Below are positions 10,277-20,552 of a stretch of 64,000 bases of DNA, in pieces. The stretch is taken from NCBI GenBank assembly GCA_965249485.1, contig OZ252239.1, forward strand, positions 2,281,047 through 2,345,046, written 5' to 3'. Position 1 is the first letter of the stretch, and every line of letters begins with the position of its first letter. Source of the stretch: a bacterium (GTDB taxonomy: Bacteria; SM23-31). The notes beneath the pieces are model-generated. The model worked only from the letters and a program-made list of their open reading frames with translations, made no database searches and was not told the origin of the DNA. The position numbers and the translations under genes are program-made.

Positions 10277-11503
10277 ATGTCCTTCGAATATCTCATTGCA
10301 AAGCGCTATTTAACACAGAAAAAAGAGACAGGCTTTATTACACTCATTACCTATATTTCAATTGCAGGTCTTTCAATTGGAATTGCCGCATTGGTGTTAA
10401 CGTTGGGCGTGTTGAACGGTTTTGAGCAGACTATCAGAGAAAAAGTCCTCAGTTTTCAGCCTCATCTTAGGGTTGAAAGATTTCACACCAATCCCATTAT
10501 TCAATACCTGGAAATTCAGGAGCTTCTTAATAAATATCCTGAAGTTTCCGCTGTTTCTCCCTTTGTGGAACAGGTTTCTATAATCCGGTTCGGATCTCTT
10601 GAAGACGGTATAATGGTTCGTGGGATAGTGCCTGAATCACAGTCCGATGTAAATGATATGAGCCAATTTGTATCGGGAGGCAAAGTACAGCTTGGTTCCG
10701 AATATTCCGATACTCCCGGTATAATTCTCGGATCTGATATAGCAGAACGGTTTGATTTGTCTGTCGGCGATGAGGTAATACTTGCCAGTCCGGCAGGCTT
10801 GCGGTCAGGTGGTATCGGCAGACCAAGGAGAAATCTGTATGAAGTGAGGGGACTGATAGATACCGGTATGTCTGAATTTGACAATTCATTTGCTTTTATT
10901 CATCTGAATGAAGCGCAGTATCTTTTTAATATGCGGGATCAGGTTTCTGGTTTTGGTCTGAGGTTGTACGACAGACTGAATGCTCCGGTTGTACAACAGA
11001 AAATCAATAGTGAATTAGGATATCCATTTTATGCCAGAACATGGCTCGATACGAATAATGTTCTGTTTGACTGGATGAATGTTCAGCGTCTTCCGTTCCT
11101 TATCGCATTCGGCATGATTATTTTAGTAGGATCACTAAATCTTGTCAGTACGCTCATTCTGATAATTCTCGAAAAACAAAAAGATATCGGAATTCTGAAA
11201 TCAATGGGTGCGACATCCCGGTCAATAACAAAAATATTCTTTATTGACGGGTTATTAATCGGCCTACTTTCGATTAGCGCTGGTTCGGTACTCGCGTTAG
11301 TGCTCGGAATATTGCAGAACAATTTTGAGATTATTTCTGTTAGTAAGGATGTTTATTACATTAGTTCGTTTCCCATAGATATGGCATGGTCTGTATTTTT
11401 TCAAATTGGAATAATCGCATTGCTATTGTGTCTGGGGGCGACGCTTTACCCAGCATGGAAAGCGTCGAGTATGAGTCCATTCGAAGCAATTAAACGGGAT
11501 TAG
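10277..11503 (+). CDS. LolC/LolE-family lipoprotein-releasing ABC permease
   Basis: MSFEYLIAKRYL start, LNGF, EKQKDIGILKSMGA, TLYPA. Confidence 0.9.
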   Translation: MSFEYLIAKRYLTQKKETGFITLITYISIAGLSIGIAALVLTLGVLNGFEQTIREKVLSFQPHLRVERFHTNPIIQYLEIQELLNKYPEVSAVSPFVEQVSIIRFGSLEDGIMVRGIVPESQSDVNDMSQFVSGGKVQLGSEYSDTPGIILGSDIAERFDLSVGDEVILASPAGLRSGGIGRPRRNLYEVRGLIDTGMSEFDNSFAFIHLNEAQYLFNMRDQVSGFGLRLYDRLNAPVVQQKINSELGYPFYARTWLDTNNVLFDWMNVQRLPFLIAFGMIILVGSLNLVSTLILIILEKQKDIGILKSMGATSRSITKIFFIDGLLIGLLSISAGSVLALVLGILQNNFEIISVSKDVYYISSFPIDMAWSVFFQIGIIALLLCLGATLYPAWKASSMSPFEAIKRD

Positions 11504-11690
11504 TTTGGTTAGTTGAAACACAGCATAAATTAACAATATTTTTTAAATTGATCATTATTGTAGTGCTTCAAACCACTATTTGAGTGTCATGAGTAATGAA
11601 GCTTGAAAATCTATGATTAAAACATTACGCATTTTTGAAAGTTAAATTCAAAATTTAATATTGTATTTTGTAACACAATCAATAAATCAC

Positions 11691-12917
11691 ATGTCATTTG
11701 AAACATTTATAGCGAAACGGTTTCTGCGGGCAAAAAAGCGTATAGGCCTCATATCATTCACCACTTTTTTTTCGTTTTCTGTGATAGTACTTGGTGTTGC
11801 GTGCATAACCACTATATTGTCGATTATGAACGGATTCGAATCTGTGGTGCTTGAACGGTATTTAGCATTCGATAGCCATATCACTGCAACGAAAACCGGT
11901 GAAGATGAGTTTCCCGAACACATGGGTTTTACCAACTATCTCGATGCAAATTCGAATATTCAGGGCTATTCGCAGTTTGTTTCGGCAAGAGCTATTCTCA
12001 TGTCAGAAGAGGCAGAGCACATTACTACCTTAAAAGGGATTGACATCGAGACGGTAGATAATGTATCCCGATTACGGCAACATATTTTCTATGGAACAGA
12101 TGACTTTTCTCTCGATAATCAACAGGTCGAATTTGGTATTATCCTTGGTATGGAAACTGCGGACAATTTGGTAGTAACGGTCGGAGATAGAATTTGGGTT
12201 ATGAGTTTGAGCGGATTAGGTCGCGTATTTCAAGAACCACCTGCACGTCGCTTTGTCGTGACGGGTATATTTGACGCAGGACTAAGTGACTATAATATGA
12301 CCTATTCTTATTTGCCAATACAGTCGGCTCAAAAATTTTTAAGGTTAGGTTCGGATATATCAGGATTTGATATTGCAACTACTCAGATAGAATCCTCTCC
12401 CGAAATTGCAGAATATTTGAAAAGTGATAATTCGGAAAATGTCCTAATAAAGACATGGTATGACCAGCACGAAAATCTGTTTGCTGCGATGAAACTAGAA
12501 AAATGGGGTGCATTGCTTGTGCTGAGTTTAATGATATTAGTGGCAAGTTTCTCAATTGCAAGTTCATTGATAATGCTGGTTCTGGAAAAGCGAAATGAAA
12601 TCGGAATATTAAAATCGATGGGTGGAACTGAGCAAAGTATAAAAAAAATATTCATCATTAATGGAATGATAATCGGGACCTCAGGCACTTTTTTGGGATT
12701 GTTAACTGGACTCGCTCTTTGCACATTGCAGAAAATGTATGCTATTGTTGAGCTCCCGACCAATATTTTTATTATTGGTTCTTTACCCGTTGAAATCAAT
12801 CCGTACGATTTTATTATTGTCGGGGTCATTGCGCTGGGGATGACCTTTGCGGCGACACTCTATCCTGCTCGAACAGCAGCCGTTATGCTCCCTTCACGAG
12901 CACTCCGATATGAATAG
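11691..12917 (+). CDS. Second LolC/LolE-family ABC permease
   Basis: MSFETFIAKRFL, MNGFE, EKRNEIGILKSMG, TLYPARTA, LRYE end. Confidence 0.9.
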   Translation: MSFETFIAKRFLRAKKRIGLISFTTFFSFSVIVLGVACITTILSIMNGFESVVLERYLAFDSHITATKTGEDEFPEHMGFTNYLDANSNIQGYSQFVSARAILMSEEAEHITTLKGIDIETVDNVSRLRQHIFYGTDDFSLDNQQVEFGIILGMETADNLVVTVGDRIWVMSLSGLGRVFQEPPARRFVVTGIFDAGLSDYNMTYSYLPIQSAQKFLRLGSDISGFDIATTQIESSPEIAEYLKSDNSENVLIKTWYDQHENLFAAMKLEKWGALLVLSLMILVASFSIASSLIMLVLEKRNEIGILKSMGGTEQSIKKIFIINGMIIGTSGTFLGLLTGLALCTLQKMYAIVELPTNIFIIGSLPVEINPYDFIIVGVIALGMTFAATLYPARTAAVMLPSRALRYE

Positions 12918-12936
12918 AAAACAATAGGAAACCGTT

Positions 12937-13617
12937 ATGAACACCGGCACAATTCTGGAAGTACAAGGTATCTATAAAAATTTTCAAGTAGGGAAAAAGA
13001 GGGTAGATGTGCTCAATGGCGTTAACTTTTCCCTGAATAGGGGAGAAATCGTTTCTATTTTAGGTGTTTCGGGTGCAGGAAAAAGTACATTGTTGAGTAT
13101 AATCGGAACACTTGACCGTCCGAATAAAGGTATAATAACGCTCGATGGTGAAAATGTTACAAAAATGGACGAAATGCAGCTTGCTATCGTAAGAAATAAG
13201 AAGATTGGATTTGTATTTCAGTTTCACTATCTCCTGCCGGAGTTTACCGCATTGGAAAATGTAGCTATGCCGGGATTTATTCAGGGTAAACCACGTAATG
13301 ATGTTGTTAATCGGGCTCGAGAGCTGCTTGTAAATGTCGGACTCGGTGAACGTCTTGATCATAAACCGAGTGAGTTGTCAGGTGGGGAACTACAGCGGAC
13401 AGCCGTAGCTCGCGCTCTTATCAATGATCCTGCTATTGTCCTTGCCGATGAACCGACCGGGAACTTAGACCGTGAGAATGGGGAAGCGGTTTACAATCTA
13501 ATGCTCGATCTGAGCCATAAATCAAATAAAACATTTCTTGTTGTGACGCACAACGAGTCAATATCTGAACGAACAAACCGGATTCTAACGTTATCCGATG
13601 GCAAGATAATTATATGA
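12937..13617 (+). CDS. lolD: Lipoprotein-releasing ABC ATPase
   Basis: [19 protein letters not shown] LolD motif, [15 protein letters not shown]. Confidence 0.93.
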   Translation: MNTGTILEVQGIYKNFQVGKKRVDVLNGVNFSLNRGEIVSILGVSGAGKSTLLSIIGTLDRPNKGIITLDGENVTKMDEMQLAIVRNKKIGFVFQFHYLLPEFTALENVAMPGFIQGKPRNDVVNRARELLVNVGLGERLDHKPSELSGGELQRTAVARALINDPAIVLADEPTGNLDRENGEAVYNLMLDLSHKSNKTFLVVTHNESISERTNRILTLSDGKIII

Positions 13618-14025
13618 TCACTATATTGAATCTGTAAGCGGATATAGAGAATAATCCTTCTGCCTTGGAACTTTTTCTAAGAGAGCAAACGTTTATGTAT
13701 GGCGGTTGCTCATAGAATAGGAGCAACGAAAAAAAAATCTCGAAATGTCTTGAGAGGATTGGATAAGTCGTCGATACTAGTATCAACTGAATGTATTGAT
13801 GCTTCTCACTCTTCTCATGATAGCGGATGGAAAGGTACTGTACTTCCGAATTAAAGTATTGATTACGATGGAAAAAATTAGTATTCTAATACGTAACTGG
13901 AATAAAGTGCCTCCGGGATTTGTTAGATAAACAAAAGCGCCTTATGATTTTAAGATTTCGTTTGAAAAGTACGGTGGCTTTAAAACTTAAATCTAAGTTC
14001 AAGGTATGTGCTCATGGAGTTTCCA

Positions 14026-16473
14026 ATGAAAAACAATTTTTCGCACCGAGTGCAAATGGTGATTCAATTCTCTCGTGAAGAGGCTGTCCGTCTTGGCCAT
14101 GACTATATTGGATCGGAACATCTTCTGCTTGGTTTGCTGCGTGAAGGAGATGGAATCGCTATAGAAATTCTCAAGAACCAAAGCGTTGACCTCGACGAAC
14201 TCAAACGTAGTATTGAAGAGACAGTCAAAAGTACTGGTGGTACTATGACTATTGGAAATCTTCCGTTGACAAAACGGGCCGAGAGAATTTTAAAGGGCAC
14301 TTATATTGAAGCGAAAAATTTTAAATCGGATATAATTGGTACCGAACATCTGCTCCTTTCACTGACAAAAGAAAAGGACGGGATGGCAGCTCAGATACTT
14401 ATGAATTTTGATGTGGAATATGAATCGGTAAAAAGGGAGTTAGAAGCAATAATGCAGGGTGAAGAACATGAAAAAGTTGAAAAGCCAAAAAAATCGAAAA
14501 CACCGGCCTTAGATCATTTTGGCAGAGATTTGACAGAATTAACCCGTCAGGACAATCTCGACCCAATAATCGGTAGAGATGATGAAATTGAGCGTGTTGC
14601 CCAGATTCTGAGTAGACGCAAAAAGAATAATCCAGTACTCATAGGTGAGCCTGGAGTAGGAAAAACTGCAATTGCTGAAGGACTTGCTATTCGTATTGTT
14701 GAGAAGAAAGTTCCCCGCACTTTGCATAATAAACGGGTTGTAACCCTTGATTTAGGAGCACTTGTTGCGGGTACTAAATACCGTGGTCAATTCGAAGAGC
14801 GGATGAAAGCGGTAATGAATGAATTAGAAAAAAACAGAAATATTATTCTTTTTATTGATGAACTGCATACAATTGTCGGTGCCGGTGGCGCTTCCGGTTC
14901 ACTCGATGCCTCGAATATGTTTAAACCCGCGCTGGCACGGGGGGAACTGCAGTGTGTTGGTGCAACAACGTACGATGAATATCGGCAGTTCATTGAAAAA
15001 GATGGTGCTTTAGAGCGTCGTTTTCAGAAAATTATGATTGATCCTCCATCTATCGAACAGACCGCGCAGATTTTACAGGGATTGAAGAGCAGATATGAAG
15101 ATCACCACAGGGTAACCTACACTGAAGAAGCATTGGATGCCGCAGTCAAACTGAGTGACCGGTATATAACCGATAAATTTCTACCGGACAAGGCTATTGA
15201 TGTTCTCGATGAAACCGGTTCCCGCGTACGATTGACAAATCTTGTTGTTCCGGAAGAGCTTCTCGAAGCCGAAAAAAATGTAGAAGATATCAAATTGAAA
15301 AAAGAATCGGCAGTTCAGAATCAGGCATTTGAGGAAGCTGCGCGGCTCCGTGATGAAGAGCGGCGTGCAAAAGAGAATCTCAAGTCAGTTAGAGACAAAT
15401 GGGAAGAAAACGAGGAATTCAACAGGGTAGTTGTTACAGAAGAAGACATTGCGGACGTTGTTGCGATGATGACCGGAATTCCGGTAAAACGGGTTGCACA
15501 AACCGAATCTGAGAAACTCCTCAAGATTGAAGACGAAGTAAAAAAATCTATCATCGGACAGGATGAAGCCATTGAATCACTTGCTCGTGCAATCCAACGT
15601 ACACGTGCAGGATTGAAAGATCCTGATAAGCCGATCGGGTCGTTCATATTTCTTGGCCCTTCGGGCGTTGGTAAGACACTGCTCGCAAAAGTGGTGGCAA
15701 AATATCTGTTTGAAGACGAAAGCGCTCTGATTCGGATCGATATGTCGGAGTACATGGAAAAATTCACCAGTTCCCGATTAACTGGTGCCCCTCCAGGCTA
15801 TGTCGGCTACGAAGAAGGCGGCCAACTTACTGAGCGGGTCAGAAGAAAACCCTACTCGGTCGTGTTGTTGGATGAGATTGAAAAGGCACATCCGGATGTG
15901 TTTAATGTTCTTCTACAAGTCTTGGATGACGGCCGATTGACAGATGGGCTCGGCAGAAAAGTTGATTTCAAAAACACAATCCTCATTATGACGTCAAATG
16001 TTGGTGCTCGTGAGATAAAACAAAATGCTTCATTTGGATTCACCTCAGGATCAAAAGAAGCGGACTACAACTCTATGAAAATAAAAATCATGGAAAATGT
16101 AAAACGGATATTTAATCCAGAATTTTTGAACAGGATTGATGAACCGGTTGTGTTTAAAGCGTTGGATTTAGACGATATACTCAAAATTGTCGATCTTGAA
16201 TTTAAAGCAATTCTTGAAAAACTGTCAGAGCGGAAAATATCGGTGAACCTTTCTGCAGGTGCCCGAAAATTTTTAGCAGAAAAAGGGTATGATGCTGTAC
16301 TGGGTGCACGACCATTAAAGAGGGCAATTCAAAGGTATGTTGAAGATCCTTTGGCAGAAGAAATTCTTAAAGGAAAATTCGGTGATGGTGGGAAGATTAA
16401 AATCGTTGTGCGTGGTGATAAGCTCTCTTTTTCAGATTCCATTAAAGCTCCTCTAAAACTCGATGACAATTAA
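14026..16473 (+). CDS. clpC: ATP-dependent Clp protease ATPase subunit ClpC
   Basis: Two Clp-N repeats, GEPGVGKT and GPSGVGKT Walker A motifs, short UVR linker, GAPPGYVGY. Confidence 0.95.
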   Translation: MKNNFSHRVQMVIQFSREEAVRLGHDYIGSEHLLLGLLREGDGIAIEILKNQSVDLDELKRSIEETVKSTGGTMTIGNLPLTKRAERILKGTYIEAKNFKSDIIGTEHLLLSLTKEKDGMAAQILMNFDVEYESVKRELEAIMQGEEHEKVEKPKKSKTPALDHFGRDLTELTRQDNLDPIIGRDDEIERVAQILSRRKKNNPVLIGEPGVGKTAIAEGLAIRIVEKKVPRTLHNKRVVTLDLGALVAGTKYRGQFEERMKAVMNELEKNRNIILFIDELHTIVGAGGASGSLDASNMFKPALARGELQCVGATTYDEYRQFIEKDGALERRFQKIMIDPPSIEQTAQILQGLKSRYEDHHRVTYTEEALDAAVKLSDRYITDKFLPDKAIDVLDETGSRVRLTNLVVPEELLEAEKNVEDIKLKKESAVQNQAFEEAARLRDEERRAKENLKSVRDKWEENEEFNRVVVTEEDIADVVAMMTGIPVKRVAQTESEKLLKIEDEVKKSIIGQDEAIESLARAIQRTRAGLKDPDKPIGSFIFLGPSGVGKTLLAKVVAKYLFEDESALIRIDMSEYMEKFTSSRLTGAPPGYVGYEEGGQLTERVRRKPYSVVLLDEIEKAHPDVFNVLLQVLDDGRLTDGLGRKVDFKNTILIMTSNVGAREIKQNASFGFTSGSKEADYNSMKIKIMENVKRIFNPEFLNRIDEPVVFKALDLDDILKIVDLEFKAILEKLSERKISVNLSAGARKFLAEKGYDAVLGARPLKRAIQRYVEDPLAEEILKGKFGDGGKIKIVVRGDKLSFSDSIKAPLKLDDN

Positions 16474-16509
16474 TCAAAAGTGATATTTAAAAGAGCACAA
16501 CAATTTTTC

Positions 16510-16546
16510 AAAGCCTCGACTTAATATGCCGGGGCTTTATTTTTTT
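16510..16546 (+). terminator. Intrinsic terminator after clpC
   Basis: AAAGCCTCG/CGGGGCTTT stem followed by a T-run. Confidence 0.7.
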
Positions 16547-16636
16547 CTGGCCGTACAAAAAATCTGCAACTTTTTTGAGTAATTTTCCCCCGATTATTGT
16601 ATAATATAGTAAGACATTCTGTAAAATTTAAAATCA

Positions 16637-17503
16637 ATGGAAACAATCGGAAAACCATTACAACAGGGTGTGTTTGATATTGATGCCGGAGGTAAGAAGC
16701 TCTGGTGGTCTCTTACTGTGTCTCTACTGCTGCATTTGTCTTTGTTTTTTTTGTTTAAGACAGGATTAGTGCCGATAATTCCGTTATCTAATGTAGCGCC
16801 TGAAGAGGAGGAAACACGGCTCATGTTTGAACTGGTTGAATCCAACCCGGACAATATTGTTGCTGTTCCACCTGAAAATGCCGTATTTGCCTCCGATCGG
16901 AATACCGAGGCATCTGATCCTAATCCCACAGTAGATAGCGATGAAAACATACCGCACATTGAAGGTTTTGCCGAAACTGAAGAGCTGCCATCCCCAACTA
17001 TCAATCCTATGAGTGCTCCGCCGGCACAAAGTTTGTTGTTTCCAAAAACATTCAATTTATCCGAGCTTAAAAAGCAGTCTGCTGCTGGGGAAGAGATGAA
17101 AGAAGCGGTTGCGCAGGAGGAACAGTCAAGCTATTTACAACCTGTCTTACCAGACAATCGCACTGTCAGTGAACGAGAGGTTGGAGGACTGTCTCTCAGT
17201 ACCTATGCATGGGATTATGCACCATATTTATTGCGGCTCAAACAAAAAATCAGCATGAACATTCATCCACCGCCGGCATTTACACAGTTAGGAATCATCG
17301 AGGGAAAATACATTGTTCAGTTTGTAATTACCCGAAAGGGAGAACTAAAAAGCCTTCAACTGCTTGATTCAAGCGGGGCGGAAGCATTAGCACGAACAAG
17401 TACTGATGCAATTAACTTTTCAAAGCCGTTCGATCCATTGCCTGACCATTTTCCAGAGGACGTTCTCATTGTAACAGGCACATTTTATTTCTATGTCCGT
17501 TGA
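16637..17503 (+). CDS. TonB/TolA-family energy transducer
   Basis: Anchor SLLLH, Pro/Glu-rich linker, C-terminal FVITRKGEL...SSG...PFDPLP; upstream of exbBD. Confidence 0.8.
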   Translation: METIGKPLQQGVFDIDAGGKKLWWSLTVSLLLHLSLFFLFKTGLVPIIPLSNVAPEEEETRLMFELVESNPDNIVAVPPENAVFASDRNTEASDPNPTVDSDENIPHIEGFAETEELPSPTINPMSAPPAQSLLFPKTFNLSELKKQSAAGEEMKEAVAQEEQSSYLQPVLPDNRTVSEREVGGLSLSTYAWDYAPYLLRLKQKISMNIHPPPAFTQLGIIEGKYIVQFVITRKGELKSLQLLDSSGAEALARTSTDAINFSKPFDPLPDHFPEDVLIVTGTFYFYVR

Positions 17504-17530
17504 TATGAGTAGAGAGGATAGTGTACTACT

Positions 17531-18133
17531 ATGCTGGAAATGATTTACGAAGGAGGAATCATGATGATTCCTCTGTTTTTGTGTTCGATCCTTGTAGTTA
17601 CGATCGCCTTTGAGCGAGGATTTTCACTACGGAGAAAAAAGGTTATAAAATCGGAATCCGTGTGGGTTGTCGAAAATGTAAGCGGAAAAGACGATATCAA
17701 CAAAACGCTTGCACATTGTAAAAATAGCAATGACGCATTCTCAAATATTATTAATGCAACTCTTACTTCTTATATTGATAATCCCCGTGACATAAAAGAA
17801 TATGTTGAGGAGCAGGGGAGAATTGAAGTCCGCAGGCTGGAAAAAAGACTCGTTATTCTTGAAACAATTGCCGGTATAGCCCCGCTTCTCGGATTGCTCG
17901 GCACGGTGATCGGAATGATAGAAGTTTTTGATGGAATTTCTATTGAAGGAATAACACGGACTGCATCACTGTCCAGTGGTATATCAGAGGCATTAATAAC
18001 AACGGTAGCCGGTTTATCAATCGGTATATTAGCATTGGTGTTTTATAATTATTTTACGAATAAAGCTGAAGACTTTGTGCTGGAAATTGAGCATTATTCG
18101 GCACGACTTATCCAAAAATTACAAAACATATAG
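17531..18133 (+). CDS. exbB: MotA/TolQ/ExbB proton channel
   Basis: APLLGLLGTVIGMI, GISEALITTVAGL. Confidence 0.88.
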   Translation: MLEMIYEGGIMMIPLFLCSILVVTIAFERGFSLRRKKVIKSESVWVVENVSGKDDINKTLAHCKNSNDAFSNIINATLTSYIDNPRDIKEYVEEQGRIEVRRLEKRLVILETIAGIAPLLGLLGTVIGMIEVFDGISIEGITRTASLSSGISEALITTVAGLSIGILALVFYNYFTNKAEDFVLEIEHYSARLIQKLQNI

Positions 18134-18174
18134 CACATCGACATTTCGAAAACCGTCAACTTGATGTAATTATA

Positions 18175-18588
18175 ATGAAACTTAGTCTCAGAAAACCTCG
18201 AAAACTTCTCATCAATATCACTTCTCTTATTGACGTGCTCTTTCTTTTGCTCATATTTTTCATGGTTTCTTCGACATTTGTTGAAAATCCAGGTATGGAC
18301 CTTGAACTACCCGAATCAGAATCGAGTACAGTACAGGAAACAAAAGATCTCGTTTTACAGATTCAGGCTGACGATATAATGTTTCTTAATAGTATTCCGG
18401 TCAATTGGAGTAATCTACAAGATGTACTGGAAAAAGAACATGTCATGAATCCTGCGGGTGCACTTATTCTAAAGGCCGACAAAAATGTCAGGCATGGAAG
18501 TGTTGTCCGAATTATGGATTTCGCAAAGCGAACCGGCCTCGAGAAACTCATCATTGCTACTACCACCGAGCAGGGTCGTCCCCGGTAA
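18175..18588 (+). CDS. exbD: ExbD/TolR biopolymer transporter
   Basis: NITSLIDVLFLLLIFFMV, ILKADK. Confidence 0.88.
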   Translation: MKLSLRKPRKLLINITSLIDVLFLLLIFFMVSSTFVENPGMDLELPESESSTVQETKDLVLQIQADDIMFLNSIPVNWSNLQDVLEKEHVMNPAGALILKADKNVRHGSVVRIMDFAKRTGLEKLIIATTTEQGRPR

Positions 18589-18657
18589 TAGGCACTACCA
18601 TTTCATCTCTTTGTTAATTTAATACACATCATAATTTTTTAAATTTTGAAAAATTGC

Positions 18658-18686
18658 TTGACAAGTGGCCATATATAAACTATATT
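18658..18686 (+). promoter_or_regulatory. Sigma70-type promoter for the HTH-FHA-PBP-SEDS-kinase operon
   Basis: TTGACA-N17-TATATT. Confidence 0.7.
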
Positions 18687-18722
18687 AAGTATAATAAATA
18701 ATTAAAGTATATCAACTATATG
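18678..18722 (+). repeat. Five imperfect tandem 9-bp direct repeats overlapping the -10 and start region
   Basis: AACTATATT AAGTATAAT AAATAATTA AAGTATATC AACTATATG. Confidence 0.6.
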
Positions 18723-18751
18723 ACGATAATGAAGTAAAAGGGGCCGTTTGA

Positions 18752-18952
18752 ATGAAGAAAAACAAAGAATTGTTTCCAACCCAGAAAATCTGTGAAATGT
18801 TTGATGTGACTAAAACGACTCTATTCAAATGGGAAAAAGAGGGGAAACTTAAAAAGGTCGATAAGGATTGGCGGGGATGGCGTGTATTCTCGGATGATAA
18901 TGTGGACGAAATACGAAAAATTATTATTGATAAGAAACGGAAAAACAGGTAG
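18752..18952 (+). CDS. Small MerR/Xis/BldC-like winged-HTH DNA-binding protein
   Basis: 66 aa; ICEMFDVTKTTLFKWEKEGKL...GWRVFS pattern; no effector domain. Confidence 0.8.
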   Translation: MKKNKELFPTQKICEMFDVTKTTLFKWEKEGKLKKVDKDWRGWRVFSDDNVDEIRKIIIDKKRKNR

Positions 18953-18958
18953 GATTAC

Positions 18959-19852
18959 ATGACACTTTCACATTTGTTTTCAAGACTGATCGGATATTTT
19001 AAACAGAATATATCTGGACTGGATATGCCAAAACCGGAACATGGATTAGAGAGAATTCCATTTGAGTTTATAGCGGATAAATTGTATGAAGTGGCATATT
19101 CGAGTCGGGATGCTATCGGCCGTAAAATTGTAGCTCCCGACAAGTATATTATTCGGTTTTCTCCGGAAGACCGTGCATTGCGGAAATATACTGAAGATAT
19201 CCTTGTTGAAGAATTGGCACATAACCTCAATAACCGTATTAAAAAATTGAAGGCGGATATATGCAGTAGTATATGTTGTATCGAAATTGAGACTGATGTT
19301 GAACTGGAGCAAGGTGAGTTCTATATTGATTGTAAATTTTTGTCCAAGCAGCAGAAAGAGAAGAAAAAAAGTGTAAAAGTATATCCAATGGAAAGAAAAG
19401 ATCTGTCCGCCGCGAAAATTCCACCACCAGATTCTCCTGAAATGCAAGATGGCTCTTTGATACGTACGCTCTTAAGCAAAGGGGAGGAAGAAAATATCGC
19501 GCATACCGAGCAGGGTATTTTCTGTTCATTGCAGGTGCATGATGAAGGCAATGACCGGTTTTTTGTACTACCTGAAGGCAAATACTGTATTGGGCGGGGT
19601 AAAATTGCAGATATTCAACTCAACGAAAAAGATCTTTCGATATCTCGGAAGCATGCTATTCTGGTAATTGAGAAATCAGGCATCTCATTGAAAATGATTG
19701 GGAATAATGGTGGAAGAGTCAACAAAGAGCCTGTGTTAAGCGGTACCGAGTGTTTTGCGGCTTCCGGAGATTTGATTTGTATAGGAAGCAGTACCATTTC
19801 TATTGATCTCACTACCGGAGGGCATTTTAATTATGATAACAACAAAAATTGA
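18959..19852 (+). CDS. FhaA-like protein: DUF3662-like N-domain plus C-terminal FHA
   Basis: IVAPDKYIIRFSPED (DUF3662-like); FHA motifs IGRG, SISRKHA, NNG. Confidence 0.8.
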   Translation: MTLSHLFSRLIGYFKQNISGLDMPKPEHGLERIPFEFIADKLYEVAYSSRDAIGRKIVAPDKYIIRFSPEDRALRKYTEDILVEELAHNLNNRIKKLKADICSSICCIEIETDVELEQGEFYIDCKFLSKQQKEKKKSVKVYPMERKDLSAAKIPPPDSPEMQDGSLIRTLLSKGEEENIAHTEQGIFCSLQVHDEGNDRFFVLPEGKYCIGRGKIADIQLNEKDLSISRKHAILVIEKSGISLKMIGNNGGRVNKEPVLSGTECFAASGDLICIGSSTISIDLTTGGHFNYDNNKN

Positions 19853-20552
19853 AAATTCGCTTCGAAATGGCCTGTTTGGCGTGTTCGGGAAGTTTTATGA
19901 AAAAGAAGGCCGGTTGATCTGGCAAGCATTGTTATCCCAGAGTATAGAAAACAATCTGCTTATTAACGGAGACCGTTGTATTGTGCCGGACAGATATCTA
20001 GTGTCTGTTTCTTCGGACAATGATGAGGTTTTGATGAGAAAAGAAACTTGCACTCATTTGATGAAATGTTTTGTCAAAGATTTTGCAGAGTGTTTGGAGT
20101 ATGACCTGAACAATGAGGTTCGTATTGATTGGATTGTTAAAAATATGAATAATCCTTTTGGGATGAGTATTCATGCATGGGTATCCCGGTCAGCCGGTGT
20201 AAAAGCTGAAGTGATTAAAATTAATGATGGTAATAAGCGTATTGGGGAGTTCAGACTGGCTCCAGGCGAGAAAGTCATAGCAGGCAGGAACGAGCGTTGT
20301 ACGGTTGTTCTTAATGACAAGTATATATCGGACCAGCATGCAGTGATAGCGTCCGATCAAATGGGTAATATACATATCATTGATTTACATAGTGCAAATG
20401 GTACGTATGTATCAGGAAAACGCCTGGAGCCTTTTGTTGATTATAAGCACGAACTCCCGAAAAGTGTGTTTATTGGAAGTGATTTCGAAGTGAAATTTTA
20501 TAAAAATTTCGCTATGAAACCGGGTATATGTACGGGTGATGGCAATGTATAG
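19833..20552 (+). CDS. Second FHA protein with a degenerate DUF3662-like N-domain
   Basis: GGAGG RBS before ATG 19833; IVPDRYLVSVS; AGRN, ISDQHA, DLHSANGTYV. Confidence 0.8.
   Translation: MITTKIENSLRNGLFGVFGKFYEKEGRLIWQALLSQSIENNLLINGDRCIVPDRYLVSVSSDNDEVLMRKETCTHLMKCFVKDFAECLEYDLNNEVRIDWIVKNMNNPFGMSIHAWVSRSAGVKAEVIKINDGNKRIGEFRLAPGEKVIAGRNERCTVVLNDKYISDQHAVIASDQMGNIHIIDLHSANGTYVSGKRLEPFVDYKHELPKSVFIGSDFEVKFYKNFAMKPGICTGDGNV

Noticed and set aside
13618-14025. 400-bp gap before clpC with hairpin GTTGCTC...GAGCAAC followed by an A-run
   Set aside because: No CIRCE or CtsR repeat and no recognisable RNA family; the A-run is on the wrong side for a terminator on either strand
18752-18952. HTH protein as the excisionase of an integrated element
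   Set aside because: No integrase, att repeats or phage/plasmid genes flank the cluster
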